The notes under the pieces were generated by a model, which saw only the letters and a list, made by a program, of their open reading frames with translations, did not search any database and had not been told where the DNA came from. Both the position numbers and the translations under genes were made by a program. A stretch of 63,351 bases of DNA, the filler included, from Pelomyxa schiedti (taxonomy: Eukaryota > Protista > Evosea), in NCBI GenBank assembly GCA_020536535.1. It is 9 parts of 9 records of this genome, joined end to end, with 100 filler letters (N's around TTAATTAATTAA, not from the genome) between each part and the next. Parts side by side here need not be neighbours in the genome. Positions count along the whole stretch, not along the records: positions 18,720 to 31,513 come from JAHLWZ010001201.1; positions 31,614 to 61,275 come from JAHLWZ010000775.1; 7 more parts are not named here. One strand, 5' to 3'. How positions within the stretch are numbered: the stretch's first letter is position 1; the number at the start of each line of letters is the position of its first letter. Shown one piece after another: positions 24,113-36,758 of this stretch.

Positions 24113-25761
24113 ATGGCCACCGCAACACCGACAGCAGCCGCAACAGCGACACCAACCGATAAGGTCTACGACCTTGTAGTTCTTCCTGGTGATGGAATCG
24201 GAAAAGGTTTGTTTCGTTCCTACGGGATTTCGTTTTCGCTTCATTGTTTTTACGTATTTTTGTAGTTTGCTGCGAGGTGACCATTAAGGTTCTTGAGGCA
24301 GCTGGCCTTAAGGCCAACTGGCACCACGGAGACATTGGGTGGGAGTTCTGGTGCAACGAGGGTAACGCCTTGCCTCAGAGAACCCTGGACCTCATTGACA
24401 GATACCGCATTGTTCTTTTCGGTGCCATCACCTCCAAGCCCAAGGCTGCTGTATGCGTCCTGCAAGAATTGACACCTTCTAACTATTGTTCAGGCCGAGG
24501 CCGAGCTTGCCCCAGAGCTACGCGGAAAGGGCTTCGTCTACTACAGGTACAGTCACTTTCTTTTGGCTTCTTTCGTAACGTATGGCTAGCCCAATTGTGT
24601 CACTTCGACAACACTACGGGCTCGATATCTGTGTTCGCCCATGCCAATCTTTCGAGGGCAATCCCCTCAACTTCATCAGAAGGACTGCCACTGGCGGTTT
24701 CGAGGAACCCAGGGTACTTTTTCTTCTTCCTTTGTACCATTTCTTATAGCGGTCAGGTCGACGTGGTCATCTTCAGGCAAAACACCGAGTGTTTGTACTG
24801 TGGTGTCGAGTGGACCAATCCCCCCGATGCAGTAAGTGGAATTCCATGGAGTCTTCATGACAACTAACTTCCGATTTAGGTCTACAACTCCCTTATGACT
24901 CACCCCAAGATGAAGAACTTTGCCACAGTTCCAAGGCCCGAGCTGGCTGTTTCTTGCAGAATTTTCACTCGTGAGGCTTGCAGACGCATTTGCTCTGCTG
25001 CTTTCGAATATGCTAACAAGTATTTGACACATTCCCAACCTCCCCTACCTCCTAACCTTCCCATAGGTACGGTTACAGATCAGTGACTGTCTGTGAGAAG
25101 CCCAACGTCGTGAGAGAGACCTCCGGAATGATGGAGGAGGAGGCCAAGATTGCTCAGAAGAGGTTCCCACACATTCAGCTCTGGAGCACCAACATTGATG
25201 CCCAGATGATGTGGATGACCAAGAACCGTATGAAATTCTGTACTCCCTCGTGATTCAATGCTAACCTCTTCTCAGCCGAGGAGTACGGAGTTATTGTTTC
25301 CTCCAACATGTTTGGAGACATTGCCTCCGATGGCTTTGCCGGCCTTGTAGGTGGCCTTGGCTTTGCCTCCTCAGCCAACCTCGGCAGGTACTTGTACTTC
25401 CTTTCCGCACACAACCAAACACCTGCTACAAAACAAACAAACCCCAACAAACACTCAAATTCCCCACAGAGACATTGCCGTCTTCGAGCCCACACACGGG
25501 TCCGCACCCAAGTACGCCGAGCTTGTCCCATCCATTGTCAACCCAATCGCCACGATCCTGTGTGCGTGCCAGATGCTGGACTACATGGACCTCAAGCCCA
25601 TGGCCGACAAGATCAGAGTTGCCATCCGCCGCGTCATCCGCGAGGGCCGCGTCCGCAGCTACGACATGATGAAGCTCCGCGGTGGCCCAGAGGTCATTGC
25701 CCAAGGCGCTGCCTCCACCCAACAAATCGCCGACGCCATCATCGCCGCTTTGGCTCTGTAA
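24113..25761 (+). CDS. Isocitrate/isopropylmalate dehydrogenase family (beta-decarboxylating dehydrogenase), multi-exon
   Basis: VLPGDGIGK, LFGAITS, SPIVSLRQ, VIFRQNTECLY, EKPNV, NIDAQMM, SNMFGDIASD, FEPTHGSAPKYA, NPIATIL. Confidence 0.93.
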
Positions 25762-25892
25762 TAGTCTCCATTTGTGCCACTCTTTGCCTTTGTACTTTGG
25801 TGCATTCGTGCCAACGGTTCAATAACCAAAAATTATCAATCAAAGTTCTTGCAAAGGTTTTTTTTTGTTACAACAAAAGGGTTATATTTTTT

Positions 25893-27352
25893 TTATCTTG
25901 TAAAGAGGCGAACGAAGAGGGCGAGGCCGGCACATAGGATGCCAACAATTAGCATTATGAAGCATATCTTGTACCGTGTTTTGGACTGGAGTACTGCGGC
26001 CTGTAGAGACAAATTGTTAAACAGCGGTGTTTGTTTGGGGTGCGGCTTACTTTTTCTATCTCTTGGCGTGCTATTTCAACTGCCTCATAAGTTTTGTCAA
26101 TGTTGTAGTCTATACGGTCAAGAATAGTGCCTTGCTCAGCAATAAGTAACGAGATGTCTTTTTTTTGTTTGAAACTGTTATTAGACACAACTACAAGGAG
26201 AACATTTAGAGAACCTTTGACAATTTCGGACAGCTCCACAATAGACTTGGCAATTTGCTTGATATCTCTGTATCTCTGTTGTGCGTCTCGGTCTGTGGCT
26301 TCTAGAACAGCGAGTTGCTCCGGGGTGAAACCCTTTTCCAGAGGAGTTAGTAAGAATAACGAAGAGGGAGTCATACCTTGTCCTCAAAGTCTTCAATATT
26401 AAAGCTCGACTCGGTACTAGTTGCACTAAGGGCTGCTGATGATGGTGAAGATGATGCTGAGGCTGATGACATTGAGGGGGATGATGTGTACGTATCCCTG
26501 AATTTGCTGTCACGACTTCTAAGCTCTGTTGTAAGACTGTATTTATTTTGGTTTAAGTGTGACTGTAGTTGTTTTGGTGTCCTTCCTGGCCATCCCGAAA
26601 CCTCAAGAAAGGAGACATACTTGTGAGGTAGTGCTGCTGTGCTGTTTTGAATAGCTGGGTCAGTTCTTGAAGTTGGGTAGCCAACGCTGTTTGAATGTTG
26701 AGAGTCATTTTGATGTAATTGCTCGATAATGTCGTGGCATCGGCGGTCGGAGGGAGTTTATTCAAGGCTTTGATTTTTCGTTGTGTTTCTCCAAATAACT
26801 GTGTGCGAGTCAAACTCCAAGTGAAGTCCTGTCATTGCCTACCAAGGATATTTCTGCCGTGGAAATTTCAATTGCATGGACGTCGTCGATGGAATCGTCA
26901 CCAATCTCCACAAGAAGGTGATTGTTGTGTAACCTCTTCAAATCGCCAACTGGGACAATTTAAAACCGGTGCAAAATGTAAAGAAGCAGTACTTTTATGC
27001 TTCAGGGTGGCTAGATCGTTTTGCACTGACTCGACTCTCACCATCCACTCAGGCGGAAGTGTGAGTTCCACAGAACCATTTTGATCTGGGTTGGCAAGGT
27101 CTTGTATAAGCTTTGTGGTCTGGGGCTGTCGCACTGATGTTATTTTTCGCAAATGGCTAAAATATGATACCTGGGACAGAGCTCTCATTTGTACATCTCC
27201 AGGTGCTAAAATACAGTCAAGGAAATAAGAACCAAAAAAGAGGAAGTACCTCTCTTTTTAGCGTAGTTCTCTCTGTAGCGTAAGAAATCCGTGGTACGGT
27301 TTCGCGTCGCCCCGCCTACGACACCAAGTACGCCCGCACTTCCGACATACAT
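25893..27352 (-). CDS. Syntaxin-16/Tlg2-like Qa-SNARE
   Basis: N-peptide ATRNRTTDFLRYR; LPPEWM; SNARE motif IKQIAKSIVELSEI..LIAEQGTILDRIDYNI; C-terminal TM. Confidence 0.9.
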
Positions 27353-27956
27353 TGTGAACAAAAGCCTCGAACAAGAAAGATCTACATTCATGTATAGTCA
27401 GTGGCGGCACTCACGACAACAAACCCGGAAATGCGACAACACGTACGTGCGTTCTCTAGAACCACGAAATTTTTTTCAAATAATTGGAAGTGATTACTGC
27501 CGCTGAGAAGACATCCCCCTATCACTCTTGAATGATGCATCCGTAGTCCTGCGGAGGACACTACATGTAGTGGGATAAGCATTGGTGTTTGCAGGAGGGG
27601 TTTCTTCTCAAGGGTTATCACAAGTTTGCCTGGTTCGTCCTTGTGGAGGAACATGATGGAATCAATCAGCGAGAGATCAAGTGTCCGTCGGACGAACTAA
27701 GCTCGATTAAGGGACTTCACCATTCCCAGCCAAAGATCAACCCTGCAAATTGGAAAACTCAGATGGAATTCCTTACCCTGCTTTCGCCTTCCCCAAAGTC
27801 ATTTTTTCGCCTTCTTGACGAAGAAGCTCCTTTCTGTGCGGCCTACAACGTGTCACATTTTTTTTTTCCGTTACGGTATGCGTATTTCATTCTCCTCGTT
27901 TACCCCCTCCTTTTCCTAACGTTTTTCCCCTACAACAAGCAGGCATGCTACTTACC

Positions 27957-29936
27957 ATGAACCCATCGCGCCACAGCAACAACACCCTCACCACCACATC
28001 AGCATTTAAAAAGACAGGTTCGGGCTCGTCGTGCCGCGCCGCGTCGGCGGTGCTGGGCACCCCGCCGTCGTCTCCGTCGCCACCCGTCACGTTCCTACAC
28101 ATCGTTCCCGCCCCATTCTCCCCTCCCGTAGTCTACGAAAACGCCCCAATAAAAAATCTAATGAGCACAACAACAACGGCCCCGAGCCCAACCGCCGACC
28201 AACGCGTCGCCCCGGCCCAGCGCACGCACGCCCCGCGGCGCGCTCACGTCCCCTCTCCCACATTTGAGGACGAGGACTTCGCCGACGACGATGTCCTTTG
28301 CAGCGGCGGGGGCGTGCGCGTCGGCAGCGGCAGCAACAGCGTCGGCCCAAAACACGGGCTCCCTCATCAACAACCCAACACCAACTCCCCAATCCACCAC
28401 TCACACGCCACCAACAGCACCACCAACAACAGCAACAACGTCAACCGGCAACAGATGCCACCTGCGATGCCGCCGGCGGCCTCGGCCTCCGCTTCCGCCA
28501 CTACCACCACTACGACCACCGCATACTCCCATAAGCCGCACCACAAGCACCACTACAGCGGCGACGGGCCGTCATCGACAGTCACGACGGCGCTGCACCC
28601 ACAATGTAATTCTACCACCGCAATGGGCTCACATTCCACCGGCGTTGCCGTTGGCATTGGCGCGCAAGACTTGTTGGATGATGACATCCCATTATCGTCG
28701 TCATCAGGGTTTGTGTCTGCGTTGGGTTCGCAATCCGCATCGGGATCCTCTATAATAAGTTCAAATAGCAGTACCACAACTAATACTACTACTGCAAGTG
28801 CCAAGCACAAAAAGGCTATGGATAGCAGCAGGAGGCACAGGCTATCTGCAAAAGCAACACTAATTACACCAACTGACAGTAACACCAACAGCACACCCAC
28901 ACTGTCTTACTCCTCTGATGATTTCTCGCTTTCAAAAAGTGAGCAGCATAAACACTCTACGCATTCTTATACACAGGACCAGAACCAGGATTGTTCTCCC
29001 CCACTCGCATCGTCATACACATACTCATACACGCGCCGGTCATCATCTCCCCCATCTACTTGTTCTACTACCACAACTACCACCCAAAGCAATGCCAGAA
29101 GTGGAATGGCCAGCAGGGAGGGTTCTAGAAATTCTGCCTCCAGCAGCCGCCTTACCAGTGCAAATTCTAGTACTATCACCAAGGAACGAGGCCGGAGCCG
29201 AAGCAGGTCTCCACCCAAGTTCAACCCCAACCTCGATGCAAATTCATCCTGCCCAAGTATGGCCCCCCCGGCCATACAGGAACTGTTCCCTCAGACGTCC
29301 CCGCGGCAGTCAAATAAAGTGATAGACCCCGCTGTGCAGAGAGTGGACAATGCCAAAGCCAATGCAGCAGTGTCGGTCATCTGCCGGGCCATCGACTCTA
29401 AGACTGGCAGTGATGCGACCTTTGCGGAAGTAAATGCTGCGGTCAGCCACGCCGGGACTGCGGCACTGCAGGAAAAATTGACACCTGTGGCTGTGCCCAC
29501 AGAGCCATACAAAGCAAAACCTGGAAAAGCGACTTCACCCCCCGTGCAGATCCAATCTTCTGCGGTACCTTTACAAAGCGAAGTTACGGACAGTAGCAAC
29601 AAAAGACGCCTCCAAACCCGTATGATTCCACCCATAAAATAAATACTAAATCCTCTATCTCAACAACAAAATTTTCAAACTCATTGAATTTTAAATTAAT
29701 TGCGCACCCATAATAATCCCGCAGAAGCTCTACGCCGTTCCGGTGAATCAGAAGGCGCTGGTCACCTTCCCCCGATCGGCCCACATCCGGGTGTTACAAC
29801 TACAAAGGCAGTCTCTGTCCCAGCACAGATTTCACCTCCGTCGATCGATGATTTGAGGCTAGATCCGGCCAGACTTGCCTACGAGCGCCGCGAGGTTAGG
29901 GAGCTCGCTCAGAAACTGGCGTCTAACTTCTCTTGA
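27957..29936 (+). CDS. Low-complexity S/T/P/H-rich hypothetical protein
   Basis: 565-aa ORF plus a probable last exon at 29730-29936; no recognisable domain. Confidence 0.55.
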
Positions 29937-30329
29937 ACCCTGGGCTCACCATTAGCTCACCAACACCCCCCCCCCAAAAAAAAAACATAACCTAAAAACA
30001 CTCTGTAGCACAACCCCACCCACATACACAACAACATGTAACCACCAGAGAACTTACTGTTTATTAAGTATGGGTATTTCATTTCTCCAAACCATCACTA
30101 AATCGACCTATGCCCTGTGTGGAGGCTTTGCACCATCAACATTCTCCTCTGCCATTGGCGTCTCCCGATCTCACTAGATTTGTACTGCTTTCCTATTTTG
30201 TCAATGCGGTATCCTCAACAAAAATTGGAACCCTCTTCTAATCGCTCTACAAAAAAAAATCAAACCGGAAAACAAACAACTTGCACATCGTCGCCCTTTC
30301 GTCTCACACGTCGCGCAACCCAAACAAAC

Positions 30330-31513
30330 ATGGCCACGACAATTGTTGCTACATCCGAGGTTACCTCTTCTGCCCCAGCCGCAGTTATCCCTACTGTTGT
30401 TGAGGGTACGAATTTGAGGCCTGTCGTGGAAATACCGCACGAGAGGAGACCAGAGGGCATCGTGCGGGGATACGCGGGAAGCACCCTCAAGATCGATCTG
30501 ACCAACAGAGCCGCCATTGTAAAGCCCGTCACCGAGGAGATGAAACAACTGTTCACAGGTCAACGCTCTTAATTCGTTCCCTTCCTTCGGGGTTTGTTGA
30601 TCACACTTCGCAGGTGGAAAAGGATTTGACTTGAAACTTCTGTGGGATTCTGTACCTGCCAGATGCGCTTGGGATGACCCATTGAACGAGGTAACAAGTG
30701 AGGTCCTGTTTTAAAAAGTGACTTTGGTCTAGATTGTACTGGCATCTGGGCCCCTTGGGGGAGCTCCAAATTATCCTGGAGCTGGAAAGTCCATCGTTGT
30801 TGGCATTTCCCCTCTTACTGGCCATATTGTCGACAGCAACGTTGGAGGGTTCTTTGGGCCCTACCTCAAATGGAGTGGGTTCGATGCCCTCGAGATTCAA
30901 GGTGAATTTGATGCAAAATTCCTTTTTCCGCTAACAGTAGACAAAAGGGAAAGCCGCTGTGCCCCTTGTGGTACTGATAGATGGAGAGACAAACAAAGTC
31001 GTGTTCTACGAGGCACACGATCTCCCTGAGGATTCATACATTCTGAGTGAGTGCCTTACCAATTTCTTTGGAGGCGAAACTGGGCAGAGGGCCATTAGCG
31101 TCGTTACGGCGGGTCCTGGTGCCAAGCGAAGCCTGTGGGGATGCGTCAACATCTCTTGGTTTTTTATTCATCGCTGTAGCGTCGTCACTAACCCCCAGAA
31201 AAAAGGTATGACACACCGCGAAAATGCTGCCGCCGAAAGCAGGCCGGCAGGGGTGGCCTCGGAACTGTATTTGCGACTAAAAACGTTCTCGCTGTTTGTG
31301 TCAAGAGCCCAAGGATGCCAAACCAAGCGGAAACTGTGGCTGATATCGAAACTCTGAGGGAGGTTGGAAGGATGCACAGTACTGAAATCGCCACTTTGGA
31401 TCGCAAGCAAAACGAAATGGCTTCAGTGGGTATGACTTATGACACAGAATGACTCTGCCACGGTTACACGGTTATCTGGTTCAGGAAATCGAACAGCTTT
31501 CAGTGGCTTGGCT
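30330..31513 (+). CDS. aor: Aldehyde:ferredoxin oxidoreductase (AOR, W/Mo-bis-pterin family), N-terminal part; at least 4 introns; truncated by linker
   Basis: GYAGSTLKIDLT, FTGGKGFDLKLLW, SGPLGG, ISPLTG, DSNVGGFFGPYLKWSGFDALEIQGKA, AGPGA, QAGRGGLGTVF. Confidence 0.92.
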
Positions 31514-31613
31514 NNNNNNNNNNNNNNNNNNNNNNNNNNNNNNNNNNNNNNNNNNNNTTAATTAATTAANNNNNNNNNNNNNNNNNNNNNNNNNNNNNNN
31601 NNNNNNNNNNNNN

Positions 31614-34600
31614 TGGCGTTGCTGATACAATATCACCACCAGGCTCAGGGACTGCTGTCCCACCTCCTTTCGAGGAAACACCTACCCCTGTAGCTACAGC
31701 AATTACCCCGCCTCCACCTCAAGACCAACCAGTGGCACCACCAAGAGATCTCTCAGTGGTGCCGCCGCCACCACTCATCGCTCCACCTCCAAGCTCAGCC
31801 CTTATTCAACCTCCACCCCCTGGTGTGGGTGCCACCCATCAAGATACGCAAATCACACCCCCACCCTCTGATTTACCTATTACACCACCCCCATCCCCTA
31901 GTTCTCATATAATGCCACCTCCCCCCACTGATTCACGAACCTCACCACCTGGAATACCACTCCCCAAACCAGAAACCACACTGATCTCACCCCCAGATTC
32001 ACAGATAACACCACCCCCACCAGTGTCTGACGTGACACCACCTCCACCACCGGTATCTGATGTGGCACCCCCATTGGGTATTCCAATGGCATCCTCACTA
32101 CAAAAGGAACTCATTTTACCTCCACCCACAGACATTCCATCCATTGCACCTCCTCCCTCTGTAACTTCGACCCAAGATATGCAAATAACTCCACCATGTC
32201 CGCCACCTCTCCTTTCTCCAGGCTCTACTGAGCCGCAAATTCCACCCCCTTCAGCTTCTACTTCACAGACTCCAGTTCCCCAACCTTTATCAGATATAAT
32301 ATCTCCTCCAATTCAAGCTCCAGCTGTCAATACTATTACTCCTCCCACAGACTCTTTACCCCCACCACCGAGTGAGGGAACAATTTTGCCACCACCTCCC
32401 GCATCTGGGGATGCTCCACAGATACCCCCACCCCCACCCACCTCCACTACTCCAGATTGGATGTCTTCCTTATCCGATGAAGAAAGAGAGAAACTTCCAC
32501 AAATGCTTAAAAAAAGAAAAAATGTGGCTGATGAAATCCTTTCTACAGAGCTTACTTATGTGACCAACTTGAACACAATTGTCGATGTAAGTGTTTATTT
32601 GTTATCAATTACAACTAAGACTAACTACAAACATCACTCACCTTACATTAGAAATTTCTGGAGCCACTGAGAGCAGACTCTCTTGGATGTTCCAAAGATG
32701 AAATTTACAATATTTTTTCCAACATACAAGGTTAGTTCAGTAAATTCTACTTGAAAGGTCTCACATTACCTAGTGATTCGAAATTGTCACGACAGGTTTC
32801 GGTCTATGTGTCCCCTGTAGTATTTACTCCTGAAAGGTTTAAGGATGTCCTTGGACCAGCTGTGGGAAGCTGGAATGATAACAGTGGTTTAGGAGGGGCG
32901 TTCCAGGCTGTATGCACATCATTTTCTCTAACCAGTACTAACATAGTCAGACCGCCTGGATCAAATTTTACAAATATTATGTTAACAATTACGATATATG
33001 CATGAGTACCCTGAGGCAGTGCCTAGAATCTCATCCACCATTCAAGAAATTTATTGATGTATTCTTATTTTTATATAAGATACACTTACACAACTGTTCA
33101 GGGGTTGAATTACACTGCTGCTCTGAATGGCTTAGATTTATCAGGCTTATTGATTGCTCCTGTGCAGCGCATACCACGCTGTAAAAAAAAAAAAATCAAA
33201 ACTGTTTACAATAATGACATTTTGAAGATGTCCTGCTTTTAAATGATATGCTCAGATCAACTCCTGTATCCCACCCCGACCATCGATTATTAGCAGAAGC
33301 CCTCTCCTCAATCAAAGAGCTTGCTGACTACATTAACGAGCATAAACATCACTCTGATAATATCAGGTACTAATGTTGATGAATGTGTTACTCCCTTAAT
33401 TTTTCTACAGTGAATTAACCGAGTTGCAAGCTAAATTTGCTGACTATCCGGGACAACTCGCCCAAAACCCCAAACGCAAATTGATAAAGAGTGGCCCTAT
33501 ATCTGTCAATAAGGAGAAGGCTCATATGTGGCTCTTCAACGATATCGCTATTCTTACCAGACCGGAAATGAAGAAGGGTCTTTTCAAGTGTGGCCTAGTT
33601 TAAAGTGGAATTACATTTCCTTACTGTTACTGAAGATATAAGCAGACTGTCCATCTCAAAACATCTTCTCTGCAACCAGACGAAGGAAATAAATTCAAGA
33701 TAGTATCTATGGATGGTGTTCTCAAATGCCAAGTAGCCACACTGCCCGAAAAAGAAGCCTGGGAAAAAGCACTCAACGAGGCAGTGGCACAGGCCAAGGA
33801 ACTGATGATAAAGAGTTTATTTCAGGATGAGGTTTCTGCTTTTTTCTTTTTCTTGAATTCTTGCCGAAAGAACTTCTGTAACCTTCTTGTTCTAATTGAG
33901 ATAGATGATTGCTGATTCCGAATGTTCCAAAAAATTCTTGGAATTCAAAGAGGCTGAAAACGAGAAAAAAAGAGCTGCTCTCGTACAGACTATGCTTGAA
34001 AGAGAACAGGAATATGTTAAATTTCTGACACACACCTGGAATGTGTGTAGCTCCCTTACTAGATTTATCGATATTTACATTATAATCCAGACGTTTCTCC
34101 TACCTGTAAAGAAATCCATCGATTCACCTTCTCCGATGGTAAGACAAACAACCGCTGAGGTACTTCTAAGTAACTTCGAATTGCTGGTTACAATTCATAA
34201 ACAGTATTTTCCCTGATTAATGTTTGATTTCTGACCTCTTGCAGAATAGAATTGGATATTTCGCAACGAATTAAAGACTGGGAACAGAATCCAACTGTTT
34301 CGGACTTACTTGCACTGGTAAGAGCACAACTTTTTTTAACCATCTAACATATTGCCAATAGAACACAAGTCTTCTTCCTGCCTACACACAATATGTAAAT
34401 CAATACGGGGCCCAAATCAGAGCCATCACTAGTGCACTGCAGTCACAAGTGTTTAGTTTTTGGATACGAGTATGCCCTCTCGTAGTCATTTTCTTAGGTT
34501 ATTAAACAGTCTTATTCCATAGGATGTGGAAGTCAGAGAAAAGGCAGATGTAAAAAATCTGATGGAACGGCCTCTTAGAAGGCTTTCCGAGTACTACCTT

Positions 34601-34900
34601 CTGACACAGGCAATTTTTTTTGTACTTGTGGAATATTGGGATTTTTTACCGTACCAATAGGAAATGCTAGAATACACCAGCCGGAAGCACGCCGATTACG
34701 ACCCTCTCTCCAAACTAGTCAATCACCTCCGTGAGCTTACAGATGAGCACGCCAAAGTGATAGGTAGCCTCAGTCTTGGGGACTCTCTTGCCCCACCGGC
34801 GGGTGCCCTGCAGGCAATGCAAAAGGGTGCTTCCGCTGCCACACTGAGACGAAAGCAGAGCAGTATGGCACTGACTAAAACCACACCTGGTAAACACTAA
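31614..34900 (+). CDS. RhoGEF with proline-rich N-terminus and DH-PH-DH architecture (5' lost at linker)
   Basis: VADEILSTELTYVTNL, IFSNI, LIAPVQRIPRY, HPDH; PH domain (RKLIKSG, WLFNDI, EKEAW); second DH VQTMLEREQEYVKFL...PLRRLSEYYLL...HADY. Confidence 0.9.
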
Positions 34901-34987
34901 TACAACCAAACACAAAACACAAAACCTTGTTTGTCTCAATAAACAAATCAATCTTTGATTTGAATTACAAGTACGTTCTTTCTTTGA

Positions 34988-36535
34988 TTAACTGCAACAA
35001 ACTAATATGGTCTGCAAAACTGTGTCAGCTAGTGTCTCTGTGAAACTGCCCTGCGTGGCGTTGGTGTGTGAATAACATCAGGACGAATACCTCCGAGAAT
35101 GCAAAGTGCAATTGCAGGATTCCATCACACGTGATGGCAGAGAGGCTTGGGGCTGGTTGGGAAATAGGGGGTAGTTTTTGTACCAGGTCCGTGACTTGGA
35201 ATTCCGGGTGGGCATTGTCTTGGAATATTCTCTCATACTCTCCTACGTTGTTGATAATGAAAGTACCCGGCAGAGAGAACGACTGCAGTGCGGAATTGTG
35301 TTCCATTTCTTGGGTAAGCTTCTTTCTTGTTGTTTTAGTGCCGTTTGTTTTGGCATTGTTTGTGTCAAACCTAACAAGCCTTGCTATCTCCCAAAAAGAT
35401 TTTTCGTTTGGGGGAATGTCAAATACAATTGCCGATGCGTATGATCCAACCTTGTTGGGTAAGAAGGACTTAGAAGTGAACATTCACACACTATATTGCC
35501 CTCAATGCCTAGAGTTCGCCTCATGTCAACAGCGCAGCGCACTCGACAGTAACCACTTAATGAGCACAAACTCCACAATGAAAGATACATTGCAGCGCAC
35601 AGGCATGAAGTTACTGAAGCCTTTCAAAGATAAGCCCATCGGAATACAAAGAATCAATACCCCTTCCGAGCGGGATGCCAACAGTATACGCCCGGTATTT
35701 GCTTTTGGTATGCTGCGTGCAGAGCGGTATAATGCCGTGAACGTGGCTGGCTGTTGTGCTAAGTACGGTACTCTAATGAAGTCAGGCGACACCTGTGGTG
35801 CGCAAACTGGCAAAGTAGAAGCTTTTGCCCAGTAGTCTTGAAAAGGGTTTGAGGCGGCATTGCAATAATTCTAATGCTATTGCATGAATTGATTTGATGA
35901 GACTTGTCATGCACAAACATGGCTCAGAAAGAGGTGACAACTTTCAAGAAAGTCATGTACTATAACAAGAACGGATTTCGCATCTATAGTTACATGTGAT
36001 CCCCCCACAAGAATGTAGTTTCTTCCGAGTAAATTGGAGTCATCTACTAGGAGAGTAATTTCAGCCGAGGCCCCATTCAAAATCTATTTGAGCCGTTCCC
36101 ACAATCAGAACTTTTGTGTCACTCAAACAGGTTTCAACGGCAAAACAGGGTCGATACATTTCTTCCCGTGATCATTCTTTCTTCTTCCAATAGCACTGCT
36201 TCAACAGTAGTAGCTTGTTTGTAATGCGCCACAACACCAGACCCGTCATCAACCTGAACATAACCCTGCTGTTCCACACGGTTGTCATCGCAATTCAGCC
36301 TTGTCCTTTTGTACCTAAGCATATGATGTTTCCTGCTGTTTTAGACAACTGTTAAGCAAACTATCAGCAAAACCAAAATGAAATCAGAAACCTACACTAG
36401 TTGTCCAATGGCAAAAAGAAACATTTCGTGATCTACGTGGCCCGAAAATGTAACTGTAAAAACCATCCAGTACTGCTCCATCGCCTCCCGCAGCGGCCAA
36501 CTTGGCCGGAACCGCCACATTCCAGGAACTGATGA
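34988..36535 (-). CDS. CoA-dependent acyltransferase (HxxxD; alcohol acetyltransferase/condensation-like)
   Basis: GGSHVTIDAKS (HxxxD), AVDMRR, FWEIAR, INNVG, ITCDGILQLHF. Start codon uncertain: the ATG seen in the copy at 54740 is missing here. Confidence 0.65.
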
Positions 36536-36758
36536 ACCAAAAAAGGGCCTCTGCTTGTGGCACAGAAACCAAACTGGTGCTTTGAGGGATGAAGAGGTGT
36601 AGTGTAGGAAAGGCTAAGGGATTCTCTTAATTCTCGTTATTCGTGCTTGGAGTGATGGTGACTTCAGTGCTATTGTGTGTGATAGTAGATCAGAGTCTGG
36701 TTCCAGGTTGGGGTGACCTCGACTGTGATTGGTCACTGGGTGGGGACCCCACAGCTTC

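Noticed and set aside
35900-35925. Apparent in-frame TGA (possible Sec or readthrough) in the acyltransferase and other genes
   Set aside because: Explained by short GT-AG introns; no evidence for recoding or an alternative genetic code.
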